Part shown: positions 11,579-24,395 of the stretch, piece by piece
How the letters are laid out: the number at the start of each line of letters is the position of its first letter
How positions within the stretch are numbered: the first letter of the stretch is position 1
Assembly (NCBI GenBank): GCA_010356995.1
Contig: ML996694.1
Span: 867,224-931,223, forward strand
DNA: 64,000 nt
Direction: 5' to 3'
Origin: Trichodelitschia bisporula
Lineage: Eukaryota
The notes under the pieces: model-generated
What the model was told of the DNA's origin: nothing
What the model saw: the letters and a program-made list of their open reading frames with translations, nothing else
The model's database searches: none
Program-made: the position numbers and the translations under genes

Positions 11579-13123
11579 ATAGTGAGTCGATCCTAACGCC
11601 TCCGATTCCGATGTATCTGATTCTGATCGTCAATGAAGTCGTGAAGGAACAGAACAGAGAGCGTCAACGGTAGTACCGCGTTTGAGCCTCGCCAAGGCAT
11701 TTTCTACAGTTGACAGCAGGATGCAACGTCGTATCCCCTCACTTTCCGTGCATCCTCCTGTCAGGTGCTAACTGCTCGTCGTGAGTGCGTTCATGGTGAA
11801 CTCCAAGGCATATCCCTGGTGATATATTGCGCGGCGATGCGGAGGCGCTGATTTTGGATCCTTGGATCTCGGTGATTGGCGCGAAGGCGCCGCCCTTGCC
11901 CTGTTCCTGATAGCATGCATGGCTAGCGCGTGCCGGGGAATTTGGGCCAAAGTTTGACACCAGAAGGTCGGCGATTTCTTGAAGAAGAAACCGAAGGGCC
12001 GTAGGGATTACGCCACCGGCTCTTGCCTTTCTCCTGCCTTGCTCAGCCCGCCTCCAACGAGCCAAGGATCGCGGTCGCCATAGAGGAAGGCGATACGGGA
12101 GGGAGGGATACTTTGGATGTAAATTTGGTCCATGGGATGACAGGCAGACAAGTATTCGGAATTCATATCCTCGAAATGGAAAACGCATGCGGGGGCCATG
12201 CGCGCGGTGTCTCTAACCACGCTATGAGGGCACGGTGAGAGTGCACAGCGGCGGCTCGGTCGTCGAATCGTGGAGTCCGGGGTGGCTTGCGCAAAAGAAA
12301 AGGAGGCGATCGGCCATCGTGGGACGAGCCGTAATTCCCGGCCACCGCACCATCAGCCCCGCAGTTCCGCCTTGCTTCATGTTCGTGGGATGCGGCGTGC
12401 GCCTTGTGCAGCCAGAGTGGCCAGACCAAGCCTTGAGCGATTACCGAACCGCGGTATCCGTATCGCTGCGTTAACGATAACAGGCAGTGATAGTGTGAGG
12501 TACGAGATGATCGTGCTGCCGAGATCCGATGGGATGAGGTTTTACGGCCCGCAGATCCCGGAACTCTCATGAGGAAAGCCAGGCGAACAGAAGCACCACG
12601 TGCGAAGGAGTCCAAAGTGCTTCATCTCAGCTTCCGGGCCTTTCGCGTTGTTTACCTGCGTTGACGCGTCCCCGTTGCTGCAAATAAGGCTGCGCGTGTG
12701 TCAGCCCTTGCAGGTGTTCGCAGTGCAGCGCAGCGCGCAGAAAACATCGGCTTGCTTCTCCTGCAGAGCGCCTGCATCGTCACGACGCGGGGGCGATTGC
12801 GCTGTTGTGTTGGCGGTTACCGCGTCCATGGACATTTGGTTCATTTGGCATGCCAATTTCGCATCGGACATCCTAATTCGGTTGAGAACGAGGTAAGTTT
12901 GCCGTTGGGACAGCTGTAAGAGCCGTTAGTCGAGGAAATAGAAGTGCGCAAGTCAGTGATCCCATGAACTTCCCCGCCTCTGGTCACCCCAGATTTCAGC
13001 CTAAGGCATATTTCGAGCTGCCCCCACCAAAAATAGAATGAAGCTTCACGACTCGCGGCATCGGCTCTCACCGACAAGTTAACCCCACATACACCCCACA
13101 CTTCCTCCTCGGCTCGAATCAAC

Positions 13124-13911
13124 ATGTCGGCCCAGGGCTCCAAGGTTCTGTCGACCGCGCCGCTGGTCAGTGTCCAACTACAACATTCAACGCGTACAGC
13201 GTAAACTGACAGAATGGCGACAGAGCAATGAAGATGCCCGCTGGATTTCGCTCGTGAAGTAGACTGCCATCCCATCCCACTCCACATTGTCCCAATCCCT
13301 CACCTCCGCAGGACACAGTACACGGACCCGCAAGGCGTGCACCGCGACTGGGAGTCTGCGGAGCGCCGCACGCGGCCCAAGGGCAGCCTCATTGACGGCG
13401 TGGGCATCGTCGCCATCCTGCAGAAGCCGGGTGAGCCGCCGTCCATTCTCCTGCAGAAGCAGTTTCGGCCGCCAGTTGCCAAAATTGCGATCGAGGTCCC
13501 GGCCGGTCTGGTCGATGCTGGTGAGACAGCCGAGCAGGCTGCCATCCGCGAGCTGAAGGAGGAGACGGGATATGTCGGCGAACTCGTAGGTTCAGAATTT
13601 GGGATCAGCCCGATCATGTTCAACGGTATATATCGGGCTTTTAGTGTGGCAAAACGGTGGTAACGGCTCCAGACCCTGGGTTCTGCAACACGAACCTCAA
13701 CATGGTACACGTCAACGTCGACCTCACGCGGCCCGAGAACCAGAACCCGCAGACGGAACTTGAGGACAACGAGTTCATCGAATGTTTTACCGTGCCGCTG
13801 ACGGACCTGTACGTCGAGCTAAAGAAGCTGGACGCGGAAGGCTACGCCATCGATGCGCGCATCGGAACTCTTGCCGAGGGTATCGAGATTGCGAAGCGGT
13901 GGAAACTGTGA
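13124..13911 (+). CDS. YSA1: ADP-ribose pyrophosphatase (Nudix hydrolase)
   Basis: RDWESAER, QKQFRPP, Nudix box GLVDAGETAEQAAIRELKEETGY, and DPGFCNTN. Introns 13166-13223, 13259-13311 and 13626-13672. Confidence 0.93.
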
Positions 13912-14626
13912 GCACTCGATTCGCCATTGTAATGCGGAACGAAAGATGTGATTAGACGTTCCACAGCAGATGAAGTTCCCAATATTACCCATTGAAGCGC
14001 TCGACGCCGAATCTATGATGCACTGCTATGATAAAGTCATTCAGCGCGAAGTCAGATTGACGTATCTGCAACTGCTTGTACAACCGCACATATCCCCTCC
14101 ACATGCGGCTCATCGTGCTCCCGGGCTTCTCCTTCGGAATGGGGACAAGCTCACAGTGTAACGCATTTAGCGAGGGCTTGCTCGTTCTTGGTAGCGGGCG
14201 GTGGGAAGTATCCAGAGTAGAGACCCTATGCTTCTCTCCATCTCTTACGCCTCGAATTCTTTGTCTAATCATGATGCTAGGCTCTATGGGTTCGAGGACA
14301 GGCAGCTGATGGAAGCCAAGTTGTGGAGGGGTTGCTCCTTCGTATCACCAGATTACGCCACATACTCCAATAATACCCAAGTTGGCTATGGCAGCTTACG
14401 ACTTCCTCCTCGGTCCATTTGAATGAATTGCTCTTTCCGCCTCGGTCTATGCGTGAGTTGCTCTTCCCGTTCGCGGGATCCAGCCTTGGATTGCAGTCAC
14501 GGGCTGTTCGCCATAAAGCCTCCTCTTCTATCCAACTCTCCGCCTTCTTACTTCTTCATCAACTCACTCCTTCGCTTCGTCTCTCCTTTGCTTCGTCCTT
14601 CGTTTATTTCCTCACTTCTCGTTACC

Positions 14627-16125
14627 ATGTCTCTCATGGCTTGTCTCCTTGCAGCCGTGGGCGGTCAGTCCAGCCTTATGGCCTTCGCTGAGAGTCCTGA
14701 TTTTACCATTGTCAATGTGAAGCCTTACAATCTTGCTCAACCAGCCAAACCATACGTGGTTGCATACCCTCAGACAGCGGAGCAAGTTGTGAACGTCCGT
14801 CAAGTGCGGCTCCACGTTCAAATATGCTGTCCAGGCTCGCAGTGGTGGGCACGGCTTCGGCAATTACGGTACCTTTATCACTCGTTGACTGTCCTACGAC
14901 TGACCCATGTTAGCCTACCGGGGGTGGCCAGGAAAAGGATACCATCACTGTTGACCTCTCAAACCTCAAGGACTTCACCATGGATGAGAAAACAGGGATC
15001 GCCAAGGTTGGAGCCGGTACCGTTCTGGGAGAGCTAGCCGACAAGCTCTTCCAGACCGGCAACCGCGCCTTGTCCTACGGCAGATGCACCCACATCGACG
15101 TCGGCGGGCATGCTACGGTCGGCGGTTTCGGCTATCAATCGCGCATGTGGAGTCCGATGCTCGACCACGTCGTCTCCGCGGAAGTCGTCCGGACTGACGG
15201 CTCCATCGTGACTGCCTGCGATACCTCAAACCAGGATCTCTACTGGGCAATCAAGGGCGCAGCCTCGTCCTTCGGCATCTTCACCCAGTTTAGCTTCAAC
15301 ACGCACCCGGCCCCAACCGAAATGATTGCTTTTACACACATATATTCCCGCGTTGGTGGAATGAAGCCGTTCCCCTCTCTCGCGAAGCCCTTTAAAGCCT
15401 GGCAGGCGTACGTCGCGAAGCCCGACACACCGCGCACCCTTGGTACGGACCTGATTCTCAGCCCCGCAGGCGTGGTAATGGTCGGCGCGTTCTTCGGTTC
15501 CCAGGCTGACTTCGGCGCTCTCAACCTGACCGGCGTCTTTGGGTATCCGGATGTCAAGACCGTCGTGCCATTCACCTCCTGGCGTGATCTACAAACTAAA
15601 TGGGCCGCCAAAGCCAGCGCCCAGAGTAATAACCAGTTGGTCGTGACCTTTACCGCGAAGAGCCTCGCCATACCGGCCGACGCACTGATCCATGATACCG
15701 CCCTGGACGCGGTGCTCAAGTACCTCGATGACACGGATCCGGGCACCACGGCGTGGGCTGTGACGTTCGATCTCGAGGGCGGGGCCACGGCGGATGTGCC
15801 CAGCGACGCGACGGCATCTGGCACCCGGGATACGCTGTATTATATCCAGAGCTATGTGGTTGCGGATAAGCCGAGCCTGAGCGAACCAGACGCGGACTTG
15901 GATTCGGGGTTTGAATAACTTGTTTGAAGATGCTGTTCCTGGTCGTAAGCTTGGTGCGTATCCTGGGAATGTGGATCCGGAGTTGCAGGATGGGCCGGAG
16001 AGGTATTATGGGGCCAATTTGCCAAGGTTGCAGACGTTGAAGGGGGTGTTGGATCCGGGGAATGTTTTCAGAATCCGCAGAGTATAGTGGCTAGGGGGGG
16101 TAGGAAGAGGTGGATCTGGAAGTGA
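14627..16125 (+). pseudogene. FAD-linked oxidase (glucooligosaccharide oxidase / BBE-like), frameshifted
   Basis: QARSGGHGFGNY, GGHATVGGFG, DLYWAIKGA and the BBE-type tail AYPGNVDP..YYGANLPRLQTLK..DPGNVF..NPQS lie in different frames. Single-base frameshifts at ~14797, ~14919, ~15886 and ~16069; intron 14868-14913. Confidence 0.8.
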
Positions 16126-16773
16126 TGCTTGATATGGGTACTAGCCGCTTTTCAAGTCGTTGTGTACTGCTGCTGGTGTCCCTGGGGTGATGAAGACGAT
16201 GGCATTGTAAGTCTCACTTGACTACTATGTAAATGCTATTTCAGGGTCGCAATGGTTGACGTCCGCATGCGTCTGGTTGTGTATAGTCAAAATGATTTGT
16301 GGATTCGCACTATAGACCCTGTGTCTGACTCCAATTCCCTACGACTACGCACAACCACGGCATACATCTTTTACGTGAGCCCCCGGACGCAGCCTCCGAG
16401 GGGATATCGTTGGCGTGCCCACCCACACCACAGCATGTGCCATGCTTGATCGCCTCCACACCGACGCACATAAGATGAGTGGTTGACGACCCGAGGCACC
16501 TCCACGCTAGACTTTTATCCCAGCCGCAAGACATTGCTCTTCAGAGTTCTCGACCGGGCACATAGCTATTCCGCTCAGCCAGCCCGGCCCGAATGTTTCA
16601 TCTACCTGCCGTACCTGGTGCCTCCTCCAGACGCGAGGCCCACGCAAACAGACAATACCATAATTGGAGGTTTTGTCAGGAATATGCGGAAGGGCACAGA
16701 TCGCGGGGTACGTGATGCCGGACAACGACCAGCATCGCACTCGCCAGGGTCCAGATCCCATTTGAACACGATC

Positions 16774-16857
16774 CATCAATCCGTCCAATTCAGCATAAGA
16801 CCGCTGAGCGCAACCCATCAACCAGTACAGTTCATCATTAGACCGCTGAACGCAGCA
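16774..16857 (+). repeat. 42-bp diverged tandem duplication
   Basis: Copies at 16774 and 16816 read HQSVQFSIRPLSAT and HQPVQFIIRPLNAA. Confidence 0.8.
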
Positions 16858-19332
16858 TAGCGTGCCCACGCACCGTGCCCAAAAGACGCCCGCCGCGTCT
16901 CTTCCCTCTCGCCATCAGTCGGCCCTCTCAGTACCGCTCCTCATCCAGTACAGTTCATGCTGTTACTCGGACAGCGTAAATGACCCCGCGCGAGAGGAAG
17001 CGGGCCGAAATGGTTTAAGGTATTCCTGGGCCGGGATACGGTCGCAGCCGAATCCGACCAGGCGCCCCGGTCCGCCGGATAGAGGCCGAAGCTGGCTCGC
17101 GGTTTGTGCATGGAGCTCGGAGTCGCCGTTGGACGGCCAGCAGGGCAATAGTTCATGACGGCGGTACACCGGAATAAAGACATCGAGGTGGCCCCGCCCG
17201 CATGAGCTGGCTTCCTTGGGCGCCTGCCGGCAAAAATGGGAAGTTGGTCAAGGTCGTATCGCCCCCCGCCCCACGCGCCGCACCAAGATGGAATGCCCGA
17301 TGAAAACTCCAGGCAGCAATGAAGGCTGAGGACCGCGCACCCGGATGCATCGAGGGTAAGCTGGGATGATCTGCCAAAAGGCCTACCACAACTCGTCAAG
17401 GCGTTCGAAAATGAACTGGCCGCAATCCGGGAAGGAGAGCAGACCCGGGAAAGGTGTGCCGCTGGCTGTGCTCCTCAGGTACAATCGTTCAGGTCGGTGG
17501 CGGCCCCGGAGACAGCAGGCCGGGACATTCCGGCTCACACTTTGGCCCGGATGTCACGTCGCTACCCCCGCGCGCGCGCCACGCCGACATGCTTGAGTAC
17601 AAAGGGTACCGCGGGACAACACGAGTCGAAGTATCTCGTCCCAGATCACTCAGCAGCAGCAGAGGTCGTACGGAGTCACCGGCGCTTCCTCAATATGCCT
17701 TCAAGAAGGCGGGCCAGACCCAAGGACGCAAACCCAACTCCGAGTCCGACTCCCTGGCGGGCTCTGAGAGAAGCCCGCTGGAGGTGGTGGGTGTGGGAGT
17801 ATATGTAATGAAGCTGGAGATGGCGCAGAGACGGCCAGTCTTTCACCGGAACACGACGGGCGGACGCGCGCTACCGGCATGCCCGGGCAGTTCTGTGGCC
17901 CCGGGCCAAGCCCGCGAAGGGAATGCGATATCAAAATTCGCCACCAGCGGGGGCGTACGACTTGGTATGTTTGCGCCGTGCACTGCTTAGTCCGATGTTA
18001 CATGGCCCATTGATGGGGTCGGAGCTGTTCCAGGACATGGGGTTGCGGTTGGCTCAAATGCTGCATCCGGCGCTGGATCAATGATGGCGCGTATGATGGC
18101 GACTGAGTGACCACGCGCTTTGGGGCCAGCCCGCGATATCGAGTCCGACGGGTTCGGGAACAGCGAGGACAAGGCGGAGCACATGCTGCTTCTCGTACGC
18201 GGTCCCGACACGGACCGTTCAAATGCCTGGTCCAACTATGGGGATCGCGCGCAAGCCACTTGTTGTGTGGGCCAACACGGTACAGACGCGGTGCGGTACA
18301 GGTTGGGAAGAGCTGTTCAACGGTGAAGCGAGGCATGCTTGAGGAGCTTGGGCTGCCCAGAGCGACGGGCGGCCAGCTGTAATCGGACTGGCGGCGCGAT
18401 ATCACTGCTAATCGGATGGCTTCGCTGAGGTGCGCAAGCGCCCGAAAATGTGTCTCATGGAATGTGGGCCGCCGGTGACTCTCTGGAAACATGGACCCGG
18501 TCGCAAATACTTATTGGGCGAGGCGCCGGAGCGGCCGGCAATCGTTGTTCATAATGATATTCCGGGCACAGCACAATGAGACGCGTTGGACGTGCTCGAA
18601 CGTAGTACCCTCGAGCGAGAAGCAACCAGGCGGCCGAATAATGTCGAATTGACGCTCCGGGAACCGGGCCCCAGGTCAGGTAATCCGAGGAGACAGGCGC
18701 GAAACACACATGCCGGGGTCCCATTCGTTGCCTGGATCAGGAGAGAGCTTACAGTAGTTGGCGTGCAGAAAACGAGAAGGAAATGTGATGCTTCGATTCT
18801 GCGGGCAGGGCCGTCCACATTGATGGTAAAAAATGGTGCCTGACAGCAAGGTGGTGCCGCTTTCCAGCCCCTAGAGATCAGAAGGAGGAGTTTGCCGCCC
18901 AGTTCTCACAGAGTGGATGGGAACCAGGCAATCAAAGTCTTCGACTGCTGACCAAACAGATGCCTGATACAGCGGCTGCATACCCACAAGGTCAGACGAC
19001 GAGGAATGGTCGTGGAGGCTTGTGAGCCCGGCTTGAGCCAGCGTCCAGCAGCTGCGTGTTGCATTTGCCAGTGACGGCCTGGTTTGGACATCCGGGCAGC
19101 CAGGGCGTGACAACCCCTGCGCATCGGGCGCGGAAGCGGGGCAGCAATATGATTCCGCGAGAGCTCCCGAAGGCCACGCGAATGCAGTGCGGCCCATCCC
19201 TGCGAGAATGGCTCCGTTGCCGGAGAGCGCCGGGCTGGCGGCAGAGCGGGAGGCGAGTTGGTCCGAGGGAAGTACGCTTACTTCTGGCGAAGGCGCATAA
19301 GACGAGCTCGGACGGAGGTAAACGGGACAGCA

Positions 19333-19690
19333 GTCGATCACTTCCACTAGGCGCCGGGCCGCAAGCCGAGAAATGTCTTGCGATCCTGGTCCGCCGAAGG
19401 CCGGCCAAGCTGTGGGCGCAGGGCTGCAGGCCGAGCCATTCGTGTCCTCCTTGTCCGTCCGAAGCCGGCTAAGCGGTGGGCACCGGGCCGCAGGCCGAGA
19501 AATTTCCGGACATGGTGTAGGACCGAGGCCGGCCAGGCGCTAGGCACCGAGCCGGAAGCCAAGCCATTCGCAGCGTGCTTGACTGTCCGAGGCCGCCCAA
19601 GTACCGTGCACCGGGCCACAAATCGAGCCATTCACGGCCTTGATATTGAGCCAAAGATCGGCCAAGCGCTTGCGCCGAGCGGAAGACGGG
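19333..19690. repeat. Diverged 64/65-bp tandem array, ~6 copies
   Basis: GCCGGCCAAGC-like anchor at 19400, 19464, 19528, 19592 and 19657, plus an earlier partial copy at ~19335. Confidence 0.8.
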
Positions 19691-21188
19691 CAGGCACATA
19701 TATTGGCTTGTGGCTTTACCAGGGCGGGGCAGCGCAATAGGGCCCCGTACTTGGTGACCTGGAAAAGTAACTTCTTTCTAACTTATACTGGCAGATTGCG
19801 CAAAAGCGGGAGCCGAGCCGTTCCGAGCGAGGCGCGCCTACTTCGGGAGCCGGGCCGCCAACCGAGCCATCGATGGCGAGAAAGGGGAACCGGACTAACC
19901 CCCGGACCATATAGCAGTGCGGAGTTGCGCATGCCCGGAAGAACCCGTACAGAAATTGATCCAGGAAGGTGTACCGGGAGGCGCGCGTAGATGACAAGGC
20001 GTGAATCCCTCCTTCGATACGAGCTGGGGCGTTCCAATCCTGGAATGCCGCACTCGCGTCCAGCCTCATGTGTGCTTCCGAACGCTTCGTTCCTTGCCCT
20101 GATTCCTGTGGAGGTCGACATGGCGTTAAGCGCAGCACCAGACGCAGGAGGACACGCTCCGCACAACCAATGCAATGCGAGCGATGCCGATGTTGTCCAA
20201 ATGATGGCTTGGTGCAAACACAGGTAGACGGGACAAGCGGAGGCGACGGAAACGTTTGCACCTCGATTCCTCAAGGGCGTATAACACCGGAGAGCGGAGA
20301 CACAATGCCAGGTGCTGCTGCCCTCCCCGGATCGAGTCGCAGAGACAAGCCGGAAGCCACGCATCACCCGGCCCATTGATGCCCCTAGAAGCCGCGCGGT
20401 TGGGGTTTGGAGCTGGCGGAAAACGATCGACAAACCGGCCTACGACCTGGAATCCACGGGCAGGCATCAAGGCGGGCGGCGATGGGAGAATGCGATGAAT
20501 GGAAAAAGGGTCAAGCCCGACTCTGAACCCGAATCTCCTGGAGGCGTTGTTTGGACTCTCCACGTCCCTGAGAACATGGAACCAGTCGAAGCTGCCCCTG
20601 GATACGAATCCCAGCCACCGTAGAGCGGGAAGTAAAGATGCGAAAGAAGCCAGCAGATCAAGGAACAGTATCCAGCGGCACCAGCGACGTTTTGTTTAAG
20701 CTGACGTCCCGGCCCTGACCCTCGGGCCGCGACAGCGCGCAAGGCTCACAGTCTCGCCGCTCCAGTCAAGTCTTCCACGGCAACCGGAGGCCAGATTGCA
20801 TATGCTCCTCCGATTCCGGGCCGCTCTCGCCACCCCCGGAGCGCGGGCCATGTTTCTGCAGCCAAGGCGGCCCGGGCACCCAGAATCGATGACTCTGGTT
20901 GACGGCCCACGGAGGAGCGCAGTAGCGAGAGAAGGTGTGGTGTGAGTGACGGCGGAGGCGGCGCCAGTAGTTTCTGGAGCCTGTGGCGTTGTCGGAGACA
21001 GGGGGGTGCGTTGAGTGGAACTCCAGCCAGAAGCAGGAGCATGGAGCCGCTGCCTGACCGTCCGGGATGCGCTCGGGGAGATTCAGTGAGTATCTCCTGA
21101 CTACAGGACGGGTGTGGTGTACTGCCGGGGAGTGATGCTTGGAGTGGGCACTGCCTGGAGTTCGGGATGGGCACGCGGCAAGCGAGGC

Positions 21189-21343
21189 AGCATGGTCGAA
21201 GAGTCGAGACGCAGCCGGAATCGCAGATGTATATGTTATACCCGGCACGCCCAGGGTCAAATCTGCATGGTCGATGAATCGAGGCACGGCCGGAATCAAT
21301 GGCTATTTCGATATACCCGGCAGACCCGGCATCAAATGCGCAT
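21189..21343. repeat. 75-bp diverged tandem duplication
   Basis: CATGGTCGA..GCCGGAATC..TATACCCGGCA..TCAAAT at 21191 and 21266. Confidence 0.8.
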
Positions 21344-21440
21344 CTTGACCTCGCCCGAGGCTGGTCGCAGAGGCCCGCGCTCGCTCCAATGACGGCACCA
21401 AGGGGTGACGACGGGTGCTCAACCTCGACACGGGCCGACG

Positions 21441-21610
21441 GGCGGAGCAGGGGCCGAACAATCGTTGAAAAGGGGTTTCCGCCTGGCAAGGAACCAGACA
21501 ATCGCTGTGTGGTATCGTTCGCCAGGCAAGGAACCATGCAATCGCAGGGCTTACTCGTCGGCCCGGCACGGACCCAAACAATCGCTGATAAACTTCAAGG
21601 CCAGGCAAGT
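21441..21610. repeat. 40-bp array with conserved ~26-bp unit and variable ~14-bp spacer
   Basis: CAATCG at 21459, 21499, 21539 and 21579; unit GCC(A/T)GGCAAGGAACCA..CAATCG. Confidence 0.8.
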
Positions 21611-22779
21611 ATTGGTCCCCGAGACCAGCCGCGGTTGCGGAGCGCCGGCACCTGGCGCACACATGCAGTACGGTTAAGAGGAACCGGACGGCGGCGGTTG
21701 GGCGATAGACACTGGCTTCGCTGGACAGAGTGGCTCATTTGGACAGTTCTGGTGATGTCTGTTGAGTGCTGCGGGCCGGATCTTTCAGAGTTACTGGTGA
21801 GTGGCACGAGCGGCGGACGACTTACGGACATCACCAGGGAGCGGGGGCCACCAGACATAGTCGGGTGGTGAGGGCTACAAGGCATCGTCAAAAAGGAAGG
21901 AGGTCCGGACATGGTGATGGAAGGTGGGCCAGGCCTGGTGTCAATAGCCTAATTTGGAACCCGCATTCCAAGCGGCGACGATGAGAAGTCGCGGGCCATG
22001 ATTGCAGCCTGGCCAAAGTGTTCGTTCGGTAACGAAGAGATACCGGGAAGGTGTGAAATGTTTGAAGGTGATGAAAATGGAGAGGATGCGAAGACACTGA
22101 GCATTTGTTAGTATGTCTGGTGGAAAGAAACTACTGTACTTCGGCGCTCACAAAAAAAATCGGCTGATACTTCAGTCGGACCATAGGCAACGACGCAAGC
22201 AGTGAGAGTGATATGCAACCCTTGATGAGGGAAAAGACGCCGCTTGGCTCTAGAGTAAGAGGTAATCGAAGAACGACACAGCTGGACTCACATATCAGAA
22301 CGAAACCCTGTGCAGAGGTGCAGAAACTCACCAGTTGAGATTCGATGCCAGCTCGATAAGCGAAGCTGGGAGTGAAAGGAACAACAGCAGCTGAGCAGAC
22401 AAGAATGGGTTGAATGGGCGTCTGAAGGCTCAGGCGATGGAGTGTGAATGAACTGATGCTCGACAACTGACGGGAAAGTGGACCCTTTTTATGGCTCTTT
22501 CGAAGACTTGTTGATTTCACGAGCTCATGGCCGGACCTCAGAAAGTAGAGCAATTGCGGTTGGCATTGGTGCTAAGTAGTCAAGAGCCTCTACTCTTACG
22601 GTCCTGAACGGGGAGCTTCGTAGGGACCGAAAGTGATATCTAGAAGCTGAGATCCCAGAACCTAGGGAGGAGGGGTCCCTTGATCCGCCATGTGCTCTGC
22701 AGTCACAGCCACCCAATGGAGAGATTCAGCATGAAAAATGGCAGTGACTGTGGAGTGTGGGGAAGAACAGGAAGCAAGC

Positions 22780-23000
22780 GGCATCTATCACCGCCGGTTG
22801 CTTCCATCGTCGATGTTCGACGGACAGCTGCAACGCAACTGGATGAACAAGCGACTTCTCCATTACCACTGATTGCTTTCGTCGTTAGTTCTCGACGGAC
22901 AGCTGCAAAGCAGCGGGATGAGTAAGCGACTTCTCCATCACCGCTGATTGCTTCCCTCGTCAGTCTTCGACGGACAGCTGCAAAGCAACGGGATGAACAA
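22780..23000. repeat. 75-bp tandem repeat, ~3 copies
   Basis: CGACGGACAGCTGCAA at 22818, 22893 and 22968. Confidence 0.9.
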
Positions 23001-24395
23001 TCAGGAACTCCACAACCGGCTCGCGGCCAGAGCTCACGGCTAGAGGCTCACCATTACTGCTCTCAGGTTCTCCAGCCAAGGACGGGCAATGTATTGATAG
23101 AGTGCAGCTGCGGTCTACCTGATGGTTCATCGCTGCCGGATCAGTGGTCGTTGGACGCCGCAATCATGAAGAGTCTCACCCAAAAGCCTCCAGGACGTTG
23201 ATATCAGCTGCAATCACCTATCTCGGCCCCCATCGACTTCCTCCGTGATATCCCAGCCTCCAGACAGAGGCGTCGTCAAAGCTCCTCAGCTCGTGGAGCT
23301 GCCACCGACAGTTCGCAGTTCGCAAGTCCGATGCGGCGACGAAACATGCATCTCAACGGCAGGGACGTCTTGTGCGGCGTGTGCGGCTCCGTACCTGCTT
23401 ATCATGAACCGAAGAAGGCGTCCAGACCGTGATGCACAAGCAGCACGCATGCATGTGAAGGGCTGACGTCTGCTTGGGGTGTGGCTGCAAGCCGCAATCT
23501 CCCTTCCCGTTCAGCCTCTTCTTCTCTTCGTTGCTTCGGTTTGGCGTCCGATAAGGCGGGGCGGCAGGGGCCGCGCGCTAGTTTACTGCAGGGCAGCGGT
23601 GGAGGGGAAGAAAGTAGTGGGAGCTGTGCCTGAGTATCTTTACGCCACATCTTAAGTCTGACAATATGAGAAAGAGAAGACGTCGGAGTCCGGAGCGGAG
23701 AGGTTTGATAGGAGTGTTAAGGTAGTGTTGGTTAGATTGAAAGGTTTCCAGTTTGTATGCGTACCTGGCGATCTTGGTATAATTGTGACGGAGTGACAAG
23801 GGTTACGCAAACAATCACCAATGGTGTACAAGCAATTTCCAGGCTGACGGGGCATCAATAAGGCTCACTTGCATCTTTATGCAGAGAAGTGGGGGAAGGA
23901 GAGATGGCCGTGAGAGGCCTGAATGCGAGGCGATGCGGTAGAAGCGGGGGAACGGAGTTGAAGTGGGAGAGCGTGGGGGGCAGAACATGAGGGGAAGCGT
24001 GAGGGGATGCGGAGATGGAGCGTGTGACTTGAGCGTGACTACCATGTCCCTATGCTTTTGACCAGGAATAGAGATGGTGGGGTTATGGTTGGACGCCGCA
24101 TTGTTGGTTGGTTAGAGAGGGCGAAAGGGCGAGCAAGAGAGGAGAGGAGAGCCATCATATCCTTGACTACGAGAGAGAATCGAACGAGGTTACAGAGAGA
24201 CACAAACACACTGTGCATACACACACACACATCTACGACTACACCTTCTTCCGTCTCATCTCCTTCTCGTTCTCTTTCCCCTCATATTCTATCGCTCTCC
24301 TCCCCCCCCCCCCTCTCGCTTCCCTTTCGCTCCTTTTTACCTATGCCACCCCCTTTGAGCTGCTGCGCCTTGTCTTACTGCCGCTCGCACGCACA

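Noticed and set aside
21441..21610. CRISPR array
   Set aside because: Eukaryotic context, no cas genes, degenerate repeats and 14-bp spacers that are too short. Kept only as an unexplained repeat-spacer array.
24108..24395. N-terminal extension of the 1297-aa ORF
   Set aside because: It starts at a non-ATG codon and crosses GA-, CA- and CT-rich promoter-like tracts; ATG 24396 is the better start.
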